DNA of 64,000 nt. Origin: Lytechinus pictus (lineage: Eukaryota). Every line of letters begins with the position of its first letter. Within the stretch, counting starts at the first letter, position 1. The notes beneath the pieces are model-generated. The model did no database searches and was not told the origin of the DNA. It saw nothing but the letters and a program-made list of their open reading frames with translations. A program made the position numbers and the translations under genes. The DNA is taken from the NCBI RefSeq assembly GCF_037042905.1, contig NC_087249.1:9550001-9614000 (forward strand). Reading direction: 5' to 3'. This document shows, one piece after another, positions 52,901 to 64,000 of the stretch.

Positions 52901-53879
52901 AAATAAGGGCTTTTTTTTTAAAGGAATAATAAAAGAAACCGGAAAATCTGAGAGAGATCCGAGCATGCTTTACAGGATTGAACAGCATGGACAAAGTTTG
53001 TCCTTGGGGTCACCATGAGTCGTGAACGACTAAATGCACCTAACATCACACTCTAACGTAATATAGTCGATACCATGCTAGAATTGATGTATGGCATTTT
53101 ATCACGATTCAGTCTATGTTTATTTTCTTGTACTACCGCCCTGAAAGATTATTTTGAGTTACCTGGTCTTGTTGTCTTTTGTGTCTTCTTCTGCCACTCC
53201 GCTGATCATCGCTCTCATACGTCGACGTCGGTCTCGTCGGACGACCTTCGCCTCCTGTTCCAGATTGAACAAGGTCAAAGGCCATTGGGTATCTGTTCTG
53301 CCGGCTTCTATGTGGGCCCGGATCTGTCTTGCGGGTGGCCGTAGAGCGCACACTTCCTTGAGCAGAATGCATACTCTCTGTTCTGTAAGCAAAAAATATA
53401 AAAAATGAATTAACCCCTGAATTGAGATCATTTTAGTTCATTGTACTGAATGAATCTTACGAAACAAAATAAAAATCATGAAATGACAATTTCCTGAATT
53501 TCAAGTCTCATTTTTTTGTAAACATGTTTGCAAAACATTTTTTGTATACATTAAATAAGGCCAAAATTGTGGGGAATAAGAATATTTGAAATGTGTGATC
53601 CTTACAAAAACATGCAAGTTATATAGGCCCTATTAACAAATTTTATAAGTAGAATGTAACATCATGCCTGTAAAGTTTCATCAGTCAGATCATAAACTTA
53701 TACTTTTCTCTCCCATGCATCCAAATCTGTGTAATTTGAAACCCTGTTTACAAAGACCAACTGCCTGTAAAGACAATTTTAGACTTCCTTGAAGCAGTAT
53801 CATTTTTTTGTATTTTGTTCATTTTCATTACAGCAAGCCCCACCAATCTACCCTTTTTCGAATCTCAGGTCAACCTTTG

Positions 53880-53915
<36 letters not shown>

Positions 53916-56900
53916 GGCGTTAAAGTGATTTCATGTGAATAACTTTGTTCACTTTATAACAGACTATGATACTGTAGATAAATGTCAAAATGAACATCAA
54001 TAATCTATACTGGAAAGATATACATCATAAATGATGTATTTCTAAGGAACAAAAGATGAGAATGGAAGCTAGCTTACTCATCGGGATAGTCTCCTCTGCT
54101 TCTCCTGTAGACATTACTGGATGGACGTGACCTCTGACGGGTAGGGGAATGGGATACCCTGATAGCAACGCCATCATCAGTACTGAATCAGAGAGAGAGA
54201 GAGAGATAGAAAGAATATATTTTAAGGGCATATTCATGTTATTCATTTCATTTTTATTTGATTTGCTTTCTGGGAACGCAATCATAATAGTGAAGATCAG
54301 TACATTTTTTTTCTCTCTATTCAATAAAACCCACTAAACTCTACTAACCCCTTATAAATCTGAAAGAAATTTCAAAATATAGAATTGAAAATGTTAAGTT
54401 ATATTAACATAGCATTGGGAAATATAAATACATGAATATGGATATGTTAAAAAGAGAGATATCAAAATGACACTGAGTGTGTTATTTGTAAAACATCCAT
54501 CAAAATAACTTTGTCATCCCATTTCTATCTCATATACACAGTGTTGTTTTTTTATGGACAAAGTCAATATACTACATGCACACTGTTACAAGACTCGGGG
54601 CCCCACTGCATAAAAAGTTACCATTATGGTAACTTTGCCATCCAATGGTAAATTGTCTGGAATCCGTGATTATGATTGGTTGGTAGTCAGCGTTACCATG
54701 GTAGTTACCATTGGATGGCAAAGTTACCAGAATAGTAACTTTTATGCAACAGGGCCCAGGTCTATTTGTCCAATGCGCGATCGGGGGAGCATTTCAAGGA
54801 AGGACTTGTCAGACGTTTTATTCAACAAGTCCTGATTTATTTGACAGTTACCTTAGCAACACTGCTTCTCAGCCAATCAAAACCAACGAAAGTTGTCGGA
54901 TCTGACATCTTGAGTCCGTTGCAGAAAGAGTTGCATGTAAACGCAAGTCAAAAAATCAATCGCAAGTCCCAAATGCGCGCTGTTGATTGGTAGAAAATCA
55001 AGTTACGCATGATTTTTAGAGTTGCGATTGATTGCAACTCTTTCTGCAACGGGCCCCTTGTCGGATAAAAACATTGATGAAACGCTCCCCTGAAAATCAA
55101 AATGTATTCAATTCGAATCAAACGACGGTGTATACTCACACTACTTTTGTGTAGGGTATATCTAGAGGATCCAACTCTGTAGAAGGCTCTTGAAGACCAA
55201 GCTGGATGTGTTTCCGCAATTCAGTAGAAGCTTTGATGTCCTCAATTTGTCTGTTTTACAAAGCAAATTTTACGATAATAAATGATAAATGAGATAAGTG
55301 TGGAGGCAAGACACCTCTAAATTTCGTAGTAGAAGATCGTTTTATAGATGTTATTGTAACAATTTGTGTACATGGTGAAAATATAAAAGATTAGACATGG
55401 TTTATTTGTCGGGAAATTTGATAAAATATTAAGCTTTTCTGCAAAGAATTATTGCGCAATGGTTACTGTAAAATGAAAATGCATTTTTCTTTCAAATTAG
55501 CAATATCAATATTCCATTACTTCGACACAAGAAGAACGGCAACGAATGCAATTATTTGTTAAATCAATATACACAGAAAATACAGATGCATTCACAAAGT
55601 CATCCATGAAGGATGCCTTTGAATCTTTCAACATTTTACGATTCAAAGACTATTTAACAATATTGAAGTGTTTAGGTATCTAACTTAACAATGGATGACT
55701 TTAAAAAAAGAAATTGCAATAATTGTCAAGAATCAAATTCTGACCTTCTTTCTTTATACCACTTGTATCCCTCAGGAGTCTCTGGTGAAATGTACCTGAA
55801 AATAAATAAATTAACATGAAGAATTTACAAATGAATATTTATTAAGAAATTTTAGAATGTAAAGATTTTTATACTTAATACAGCTACCAATACTTGGTTT
55901 AATATACTGCTTTATCAATCTACGACTGCTCAAAGCGCTTCACAATTATTATTACCCTATCACTGGATTCATAGCTTTTAGCAGCCTGTTAGGCGCACAC
56001 TTGCTAAAGGGGCTTTCACAACTGTTTGTGCGATCGCTTGCGATCATTTGGTCACAGTATATGTTGTGCACAATCGCAACGGTTGTAAGCAGTCACACCA
56101 CCAATTGTGAAAGGGGCTTAAACCAATCACATGACGGTTGTTTCCGTAAATTGTGAGGAATATGTTGTAACAATAACAATTCCTTGTATACTTTATATGA
56201 TCCTGCTCTGTTTATTGCTTCATTGGTATGCTGGTAAATATTAAAGATGTTACTTATGTTAATTTTTTTAGATTTCTCTGATGAAAATGCAATTGAAATA
56301 AGCCAATTATTAATATCATCATTATCATTATCATTATTATCTTCATCATCATCATCATCATCATCGTCATCATCATTATTGTATTGTGCTTTTCCCAGGA
56401 AGGCCCAAAGCGTCTTACAACGAGAAAAGGAACATGTTAAAGTATCAAATTAAATTTTGCAGTCCTAAAACTCTTATGATTTTTTTTCAGTTTAATTCTA
56501 CATTTCTGTATGGATGCATACAGTTAGGCAATCTAGGGATTAATCATGTTCAAACACACAATTTCAATGTACATTCCTACAATTATGCCAGTAACTTTCA
56601 CGTTTAGCAAGCAGAAATCGTTTCTAAAATCAAATTGAAAATATGGATTGAATTACATGATTAAAACCTTGAATTCGATTCCATCATCCTTTTTTTTAAA
56701 ATATTCTGATAACCACCCCCACTCTGTTTCTCTCATGTTTGAGTTATCCCCATACACCCTCAGGCAAAAATAGCAAGAAAACATATCCCATTTCAAACAA
56801 GGGTAGAGTATGCCCTCTCATATTACCGCATTGGCCCTCTAAGGAATCTTTGTTAACCCCTTTAACAATCACCCCTATATCCCTTGATCCTACCATCAAA

Positions 56901-58652
56901 CTAGTCTCCCTACTAGAAGTTTATTTTTCACTCTATCTAAAGTGTGATTATATAATTTATTTAGAGATTTAATATTTGGGGCTTCCGACTTTAGTCAATT
57001 GTGCACAAAAGTTTACATATTATGTCAGTCTTTTTATTAATATCAAAAGAACATCAAAATCAAAGTGGGTCTGTTTAAAAAGTACTCAATGCTGAATACA
57101 TCTTTGGATGTTTGACTATTTTTTGATACAGTTATCACTTTGTGTAATGCAGATTATATAGATAAAGTATTAATTTTTTTGTCCTAAGAAAATTAAAAAC
57201 CTTTTTAGAAAGTCTGTCAAGTGAAGTGGGGTATCAAGTTCAAAACATAATTGAACTTGAGTAAATGAGTGTGAATACAGTGAAACCTGTCCATAAAGAC
57301 TACTCAAGAGAGACAAGGAAGGTTGTCTTTATAAACAAGTCCTATATGACATGGTCCTATGGAAATTACAAAAAAAATATCAACCCCCCTAAAAAAAAAA
57401 TATATATATATAACACCAAAGTGGTCTTCATGAGAAGAACTATTGCAAGTGTTCACTAAAGCAGTTTTGACTGTATTGTGATTGCAAACAGAAATAAAAG
57501 GTAATAGAGTAGCAAAAGAGATAAATTATTAAGTTAGAGAAGAGAGAGAGAGAGGGAGAGGGGTAGTGAGGAAGTCATAGAGAAAACAGAGACAGAGGTA
57601 TAAAGAGAGAGAGAGGGGGAAGGATACTGAGAGAAAGAAATATAGAGACAGAGGAAAAAGAGAGACAGGGAGTGAGAGTGATCGAGTGAGAGAAAGAAAG
57701 AAATACAGAGACAGAGGAAAAGAGAGAGAGAGCAAGAAAAGAAGACAAAGATTGAGAAATAAAGATACAAAGAAAGAAAGAGGGAGAAAGAAGAAAACGA
57801 GGAAGAGAAGAGAGAGAATTTAGGCTCATGGTGAAAACAGTTGAAAAAAAGTGTATTGACTCTGATCCGGAGGGATTTCCAGCCCATTTACTCAAGGATC
57901 CCGGCTAAAATTCCCCAAATTATTTCTAAATCCTAAAGCGCTTTGGTGAAGGACCGCCTGCATCACCTCGGAACGTGGGAGGGGGGAGAATTCGAATGAT
58001 TGCGTGCTTGCGCCTCCTCCCTTCTCCTTTTCACTTCATAAACCTGACGTACGATGACAAGATGTCGCGGGACAAGCGAGAAAAATACACGTCTGCCGAG
58101 GATCAAGGAAAAATAGCAAGCGAGCAAAACAAATACGTCCAAACCAAACTGGTGTCTTTTTCTATAATAGACTACAGGTGTTGGAGACTGTTTATTCGCG
58201 AAAGGGAGTTTGGAAAGTGAAGTAACAAAAAACTCATAAGAACAATCTCTTTAAATTTTCAGCTCCTGTCTGCATTCTAAATCCCTTTTCCCTCTCTGAT
58301 GAAAATAAAAGAAGTTTAAAAAGAATGTAGGCCTACTTCCACATTTGATTCCAATTTTCACAAAATATGAATTCTATCAGAAAAATCAATGACAAGATGG
58401 AAATAGCTTTTTATAATATATTTTTATTTTATCAGTTTTAAGTAATCATACAGTTATGTGAGCGTAAAGCATAACATCACTTGGAATTTTCTATGAATTT
58501 GAAAATTATTGTCGTTTTCTTACCCATTTTTAAGATTCTTGACGATTGCTTCCCCTGGTTCTCTCACCTCCCCTCGACTCTGTTCTAACTCTCCTGTCTG
58601 GACGGCGTTCCACTGAGACTCGGATTCGACCATGTGATCACGTGACCTAGAT
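46898..58652 (-). CDS. EPB41L4A: Band 4.1-like protein 4A (EPB41L4A/NBL4)-like, C-terminal half, 9 coding exons; FERM exons not found in window
   Basis: complement(join(46898..46985,49866..50606,51609..51844,52726..52890,53163..53382,54078..54182,55140..55250,55745..55795,58524..58652)), all GT-AG and phase-compatible. 'MVESESQWNAV' and 'ELRKHIQLGLQEPS...DIPYTKVVT....IRVSHSP' resemble EPB41L4A 'MVDSAPQWEAV' and 'ELWKHIQKELVDPS...EIPYTKIET...IRIRHSHSP' (recalled). The protein ends ...NLLTEL*. Confidence 0.85.
47939..48361. repeat. Long inverted repeat (foldback/MITE), ~190-bp arms, ~40-bp spacer
   Basis: e.g. AGCTGTGATTGGCTGTCAAGGTAAACAAATTAG / CTAATTTGTTTACCTTGACAGCCAATCACAGCT. Confidence 0.8.
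49866..50606 (-). CDS. EPB41L4A: EPB41L4A-like large low-complexity exon
   Basis: ccag| acceptor, gg|gtaagt donor, 741 bp; ORF 49862..50683. Confidence 0.9.
51609..51844 (-). CDS. EPB41L4A: EPB41L4A-like exon (QPPMPYSEPQ...TTYNTR)
   Basis: tandem AAG/CAG acceptor, ag|gtaaaa donor; ORF 51605..51916. Confidence 0.85.
52417..52685. mobile_element. MITE family A copy
   Basis: same TIR and body as 340-610. Confidence 0.85.
52726..52890 (-). CDS. EPB41L4A: EPB41L4A-like exon (VNANGRPS...AINQQK)
   Basis: ccag| acceptor, aag|gtaagc donor, 165 bp, phase 0-0. Confidence 0.85.
53163..53382 (-). CDS. EPB41L4A: EPB41L4A-like exon (TESMHSAQG...KRQQDQ)
   Basis: acag| acceptor, cag|gtaact donor; ORF 53133..53372. 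Confidence 0.88.
54078..54182 (-). CDS. EPB41L4A: EPB41L4A-like exon (TDDGVAIRVSHSP...DYPDE)
   Basis: ttcag| acceptor after a (CT)n tract, |gtaagc donor, 105 bp. Confidence 0.88.
54597..55090. mobile_element. Cluster of small Harbinger-like MITEs (54597-54757; 54783-55090 with nested ~54914-55057)
   Basis: GGG/CCC-ended TIR pairs; relatives at 46514-46670, 47217-47380, 59121-59280, 7689-7844 and 10353-10485. Confidence 0.65.
55140..55250 (-). CDS. EPB41L4A: EPB41L4A-like exon (QIEDIKASTELRKHIQ...IPYTKVV)
   Basis: cag| acceptor, |gtgagt donor, 111 bp. Confidence 0.9.
55745..55795 (-). CDS. EPB41L4A: EPB41L4A-like exon (YISPETPEGYKWYKERR)
   Basis: ttcag| acceptor, ag|gtcaga donor, 51 bp, phase 2-2. 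Confidence 0.8.
57535..57820. repeat. GA-rich low-complexity tract
   Basis: (GA)n-like; produces spurious ORFs 57529-57895. Confidence 0.85.
58524..58652 (-). CDS. EPB41L4A: EPB41L4A-like exon (SRSRDHMVESESQWNAVQ...KNLKNG)
   Basis: ccag| acceptor, gg|gtaaga donor, 129 bp, phase 2-2. Confidence 0.85.
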
Positions 58653-61119
58653 CTGGACCAATCACAAGACAGTAAGACCTTTAGGGTTAATGCATGCATG
58701 AATAATTAGTCTCATTAATGGAGAAAGTTCAATTCATACAGTAGTTTGAAATTGAGTACTGACAACTCAATAGAATTTGTTGAGATCAAAAGCGTAGCCA
58801 GAGTTTTCAATAAGGGGTTCAATTCCTTCTCTTCTCCTTTTCCTCCTCAAATTTTAGGGGGATCAATAGAACTCCTGAACCCCCTGGCTACGGGCTTGTT
58901 GAGACCCCACTAAGAAAAGTTAAGTAAAGGTCTTCATATTTTCCATCAAAGTTTCTTTATTCATGATTCCAAATTATTATTAAATGATTCTTGATTTATT
59001 AATTTAAAAGAAATACAATTTGCATAAAAGATCAGTTTTGTTCAAGTATTGTCAGTTGAATGAAATGAAGAGAAAGAAATCTCTTTTTACAAAAAGTTAG
59101 TAAGATAATAGAAAATGACCTGGGGAGTGTTTCATCAACATTTTCATCCGACAAGTTGTCAGATCTGACATCTTTCTCTGATGTTGATTGGCTGAGAGGT
59201 ATTGTTACTATGGTAACTGTCAGATAAAATGGGACTTGTCGGATAAAACGTCCGACAAGTCCTTTCATGAAACGCCCCCCCTGAGTTCTGCTCAAGGATT
59301 GCAAGGCAAATGAAACAGGATAGGAATCCTAAAGGAAGAATTCTTTTTGACAACAGATGGCTGTCTTGAATTAATAAATGAAACAAATATCCTTTTTTTT
59401 ATAAAGGCGTAATATTTGTTTTTTTACCTTTAAATACATCATAATCCCCGCAATTGTCATTGTATTTTTTCTTCATGCTATATTTTATCAGTATTCCCAG
59501 TGCATCGGTTGGTTGGGCGGAGGGACCTTGAGGTCACAATGATTAAGTTTGCTCTCTTCTTCCCTGGCCACCAACTGATGCACTGGGTAAACTGCTATCA
59601 AATATTGCACGTACCTATATAATATTTTATGTCATCTCATGTAATGATTGATATTGCTTTTGTAATCTTGAATATGTTTGAAGTGCAGAATGAATAATAA
59701 ATAAATTAAAAAAATGAAAAGTCCTAAAAAAGACTCACTATGATATACGAGTATCTCTGTTGCAATACTGCATGAATTTTTTTTGTTAACCTTGAAAGTG
59801 ATATCAGCTAACATTATAACAATGCTAAACATAGATTATATTCATATTGATATATGTTTTTTTTTTCTCAAAACAATGTCTGAAGAAAAACTGAAAATTT
59901 CATTCACTTTGGCACGAGTATCACAAACATTGAAAAATCACAATGCATTTGTCTTTAATGCAGCACTTATGTTTTGGATTATTCATTTGTTCAACTTCAC
60001 ACTTTCACATGCCACATGCATATGTTTAGTATTACCAAGGGATCTTATAACATTTTAAAGTCATTTCATATTACAAGCGTGTCAGAGTTTTCTCACACAT
60101 CTTACAGCAAGTATAAACAGGTTAAAGTATCGTACATGTGGAGGATATTGAATGGTTTTCTGTGAACTTCTGCAGTTTGGAATATTCAGTTATTATTTTT
60201 TTGTGGCTTTCCCTCTTTATAAAGCATGTTTTTTTATGCGTTAAAATGACTTTATACTTTATTATCGCAAATAAAGATGATTTCAGCAATTTCTATGACC
60301 TACAGATAACTTCATCTTCTTAATCTTACTGGATTTTAACACAACTTCAAATATTTCGGATTTTTTTTTTTTTTAGAAAAAAACAATTGCAAATGAATAT
60401 ATCTTGCTGACTTGTGAAAACACCTCCCAATGTTGGTAACTAACGGCAACCATAGAGCATGGGATACAGTAGTTATTCCATTAATCTCGCCTATCCATCT
60501 AATCAGAGTAAATATTGTTTATAGAAAATACCTGGATAGCTGTGGTTTTGGGAATATGATAATTATCAATGTATTTGTGATAGAGCATACAGAATTAGTG
60601 AATATGGCCTCATCAATGTGTATAGGCCTATGTACAAATGTAGTACTCACAAAATGAAATACACAAATAGAATAGGAAAAAAATGACGGTTGAATGTGGA
60701 ATATGATAATTATCATTGTACTTTAATATGTAGTATATAGAGTTATCAAAGATAATAATAATAATATAAGCTTATATAGCATTCATATTGAAACAAATCA
60801 ATCTCTAAGTGCTTTACAGAAAACAGGTTGGTACAAATAATTATAATACCACAAAGTACACAATATCAAATAAAAGTATCAATATCAATAAAAGTTTATT
60901 TCATGGTGATGAGGTGACATTTAACTAAGTGCTTTCTTCAACAATTCAACTGTTGTTTTGAGATGACATTGTTTCTCACAGAATGGAAAACATTAATGGT
61001 TGAGTGAGAGAATATGAACATCTGCAGGCGCGGATCCAGGGGGGGGGGAGGAGGCAGAAGGTGCGGGCGCACCTCATACAATTTGAAAATATAATGATGC
61101 ATCCCATAAAATGCCTTCA

Positions 61120-61190
61120 TTTATTTATTTATTTATTCATTCATTCATTCATTCATTCATTCATTCAATCATTCATTCATTCATTTATTT
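61120..61190. repeat. (ATTT)n/(ATTC)n microsatellite
   Basis: seen directly. Confidence 0.9.
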
Positions 61191-63425
61191 ACTTATTGTT
61201 TACTGCAGGTATGGCCTCTTCAGTTTTGAAAAACTTCTTCACATACGCGCCCTGCAGTTTTTAAACAAACAAACATCATTCAAGATGAAAATACAAAGTA
61301 AGCTAGGTAACACCAATTATCAGCAAAACACTGAGAGAAAATAAATTGTAATCTAAAGAGTAGATACATGGGACAGCACTGACGCTGTATAAATGCTACT
61401 TAATCATTATGAAAGGTTATAGTTTAAAATCTAAACAGCGATGTACAAGTCTGAACATTTACCAGGGTATCTTATCACAATTCTTCAACTATTTTTCCAC
61501 ACGAGGATGGAGCCAAATGAGAATGTATAAATTCTTCAACAACATAAATTGTACTACATTTTACATTTCAACCATTCTGTCATTCTTTTCTATAATTCTG
61601 CTTTTAGGTTTTTTTCCCCAAGTTTATGAAGTGAACTAAGATGCCCTTATATGAAAATGATTTCCATATGACGGAAAGTGCAAAGGCATTAGGTCTCTGA
61701 ACGTAAAAGGACACCTGTTTGTAATTTGGACTCCATGGCAGGGGCAGTAATTTTGGGTGAGTTACTGGGATTTTGGTGCAGAAATGGAAGAAATGATTCA
61801 TTTTTTATTTTCCCTTTTCATGCTAGTTTCTCTTTTTTCTACATTGACAGGGGCCACAGAATGATTTTGTGGGGGGAGGGGCAGACCATACAAAAATCAC
61901 AATCAGATGGTCATTTTTATGTTTTTGTACATGGTTTGGGAAAAAGTAAGGGGGGGTGAAGCCCCCCCCCCCCCCCCCCCCGCCGTTTCCGTCTCTCTTT
62001 AATATATGTGTCTCTCTCTGTGCCTGGCTGTTTGGTCTCTCCCTTTATGTCTATCTGCATTGTTCTTTTCAACCCAATTCACTGTCTTGGTTCAACTTCA
62101 CTCATCAACCATTCAAAAATCATACATATTAAAAAATCAATAATAATGCAGCCCTCTTTAAAACTGCATTCACATCAAACTTTCTTTTCAAATACACCTG
62201 AAACCGATGATATCACATTTCCTTCTTACAAGATATAAAACTTTGTTAAAAGGGTTTATCTTCAACTGCTTCATCATTCCGCTGCACTGTACTGCCCGGG
62301 AAAATCAAGAGCAAGTAACATATTTGGCCCCTAATTTTCAGGCCAGTCTCTGTCTGCTAAACTCTGTATGTATGATGTGGGTAATTCAAGAGAAACAATG
62401 ACTGTTCCAGGCTGGAAATATGTATATCTCAATCAATAGAGTAAAATTCACAGAGCAAAATGCTGAAAATTTGATCAAAATTGGATAACAAATAACAAAG
62501 TTAATGAATTTTAAAGATTTGCATTATTCTGGTGAAACCGTTCTAGGCATGTCTTCATGAATATTCACTAGGTGGGCTGATGATGTCATATCCCCACTTG
62601 TTCTTTTGTATTTTATTATATGAAATTAGATTTATTCAAAAATTTTCTACCAAGAACTAAAATAATTGGATTGACAACTGATTAAGTGCATTAGTTATTT
62701 ACTGCGGCAACCTATTCATCATAATGGAGACAAATAAATTACACATGTATGAAAAAATGAAACAATTATGATTTCATGTAATAACATAAGAAAAAGGAAA
62801 GTGGGGATATAATATCATAAGCCCACCTAATGTATATTCATAATGATGTGCATACAGTATAACTGTTTGAAAAAAAATATTGATAAACTTTAAAATTCAA
62901 TAACTTTATTAGTTGTTATCCGATTTTGATGAAATTTTCAGCATTTTGCTCTGTGAATTTTACTCTATTTAGATATATATATTTTCAGTCCGGACCATCC
63001 CTTTAATTCTACTTAAAATACAGAAGAAACATGGGGGTACAAACAGTTAGTATCTCCATGGAAGACTTATGGTGGCAGCAGTGGGATTGTAAATAAAATT
63101 ATTGATTGCATGAACAGACTTTTACATAATTACACAAAATTAGAAAATTAGAATTCCTAATGGTGTTTCTGAGCTTCAACACAGCTTCAGCACTTTGACT
63201 GAACATCCTTTGTTAAAGTTATAATTTAAAACAGTTTCTAGTAGGGATTTTGGAAAACAACACAAAAACATTTCTGACAATCAGCCAGAAAACTGCAACA
63301 AAACATCTATCAATCAACCCAATTAAATGCTTCTTCCATACACTACCCCTGGTTTTCATGACATTATTCTGACAAAACAAGATTGGTTCTGTCTATAGTT
63401 CTGTGAACAGAGCATTGGTAAATGC

Positions 63426-63868
63426 TAGACAGCTGGCAGCCCTCTGTTTCGAGAAGTTTTCAGACATTTCTAAAATTTTGTAGTTCTCCTCGTACACAGA
63501 TAGCTCGCGATCATGCAGCCCCCATTAGGGGGTTAACAATGCAAAATCCCCCCGACGGGGCTCATCGATTTTTGTCTTTATTTCATAAAATATATAAAAA
63601 GAACTGGACCAAAATAAAGATTATTATTCCGTTTTGGACTGAAATGCACCAAAACGGGAAGAATAAACTTTAAAGGAAAAAAATAGTGACTTACTTCGGC
63701 TGTCGCGCAACTCCCACTTCCCTGGTTTATCCGAACTTAATACATAAACAAATGGCCATTGAGTCCCTGTACAGATCGTGTTAGAACTTCGGTCTCTGTA
63801 ATCGGTGAGTGGAGCCAACGGAGTTCAGCAGAACAACCAATACAACAGAGACCAAAGCTTTTGGTCTA
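63426..63868. mobile_element. Family F element, copy 3 (443 bp, uninterrupted), perfect 9-bp TSD
   Basis: GGTAAATGC|TAGAC ... GTCTA|GGTAAATGC. Confidence 0.88.
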
Positions 63869-64000
63869 GGTAAATGCATGCAACCCAAGAAGATCTTGAG
63901 TGCATGAAATATTTGTATGTAATGGCTGGGGTGCTTAAACTCTACTCTAGCTGTTTCAAAAAGTCACATGTTTTAGTGGCAGCAGTGGGAAAGAACCAAT

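Noticed and set aside
58636..58665. E-box TCACGTGAC plus CCAAT as a promoter
   Set aside because: The E-box lies in a conserved coding exon (SRDH codons) and the CCAAT is part of that exon's splice acceptor on the minus strand.
58653..64000. Further EPB41L4A/FERM exons
   Set aside because: I found no convincing splice-bounded open frame by eye; a small exon could have been missed.

Overview
AT-rich, intron-rich eukaryotic (animal) genomic DNA. The repeat landscape resembles a marine invertebrate, probably an echinoderm such as a sea urchin; this is inference and was not checked. I reconstructed four spliced protein-coding genes by hand from GT-AG boundaries and phase continuity. (1) COPE (coatomer epsilon), + strand, last 10 coding exons, 192-10884. 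(2) A 129-aa, roughly 4-TM DUF1761-like membrane protein, - strand, 19774-21811. (3) A 1005-aa ZNF532/ZNF592/ZNF687-family multi-C2H2 protein, + strand, 31603-36194. (4) The 3' half of an EPB41L4A (band 4.1-like 4A)-like gene, - strand, 46898-58652, whose FERM exons probably lie beyond the window. Introns and intergenic DNA are packed with non-autonomous elements: Harbinger-like and TTAA/Kolobok-like MITEs, Helentron/DINE-like elements with internal tandem arrays, tRNA-derived SINEs, and several nested insertions. The most unusual item is a three-copy family with 5-bp TAGAC...GTCTA termini, 9-bp TSDs and a conserved, covarying branched hairpin at one end only. One copy carries promoter-like motifs and a splice donor just upstream of the ZNF gene. 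No CRISPR array, rRNA, intact tRNA or intact transposase was found. All homology calls are from memory of family motifs, not from database searches.
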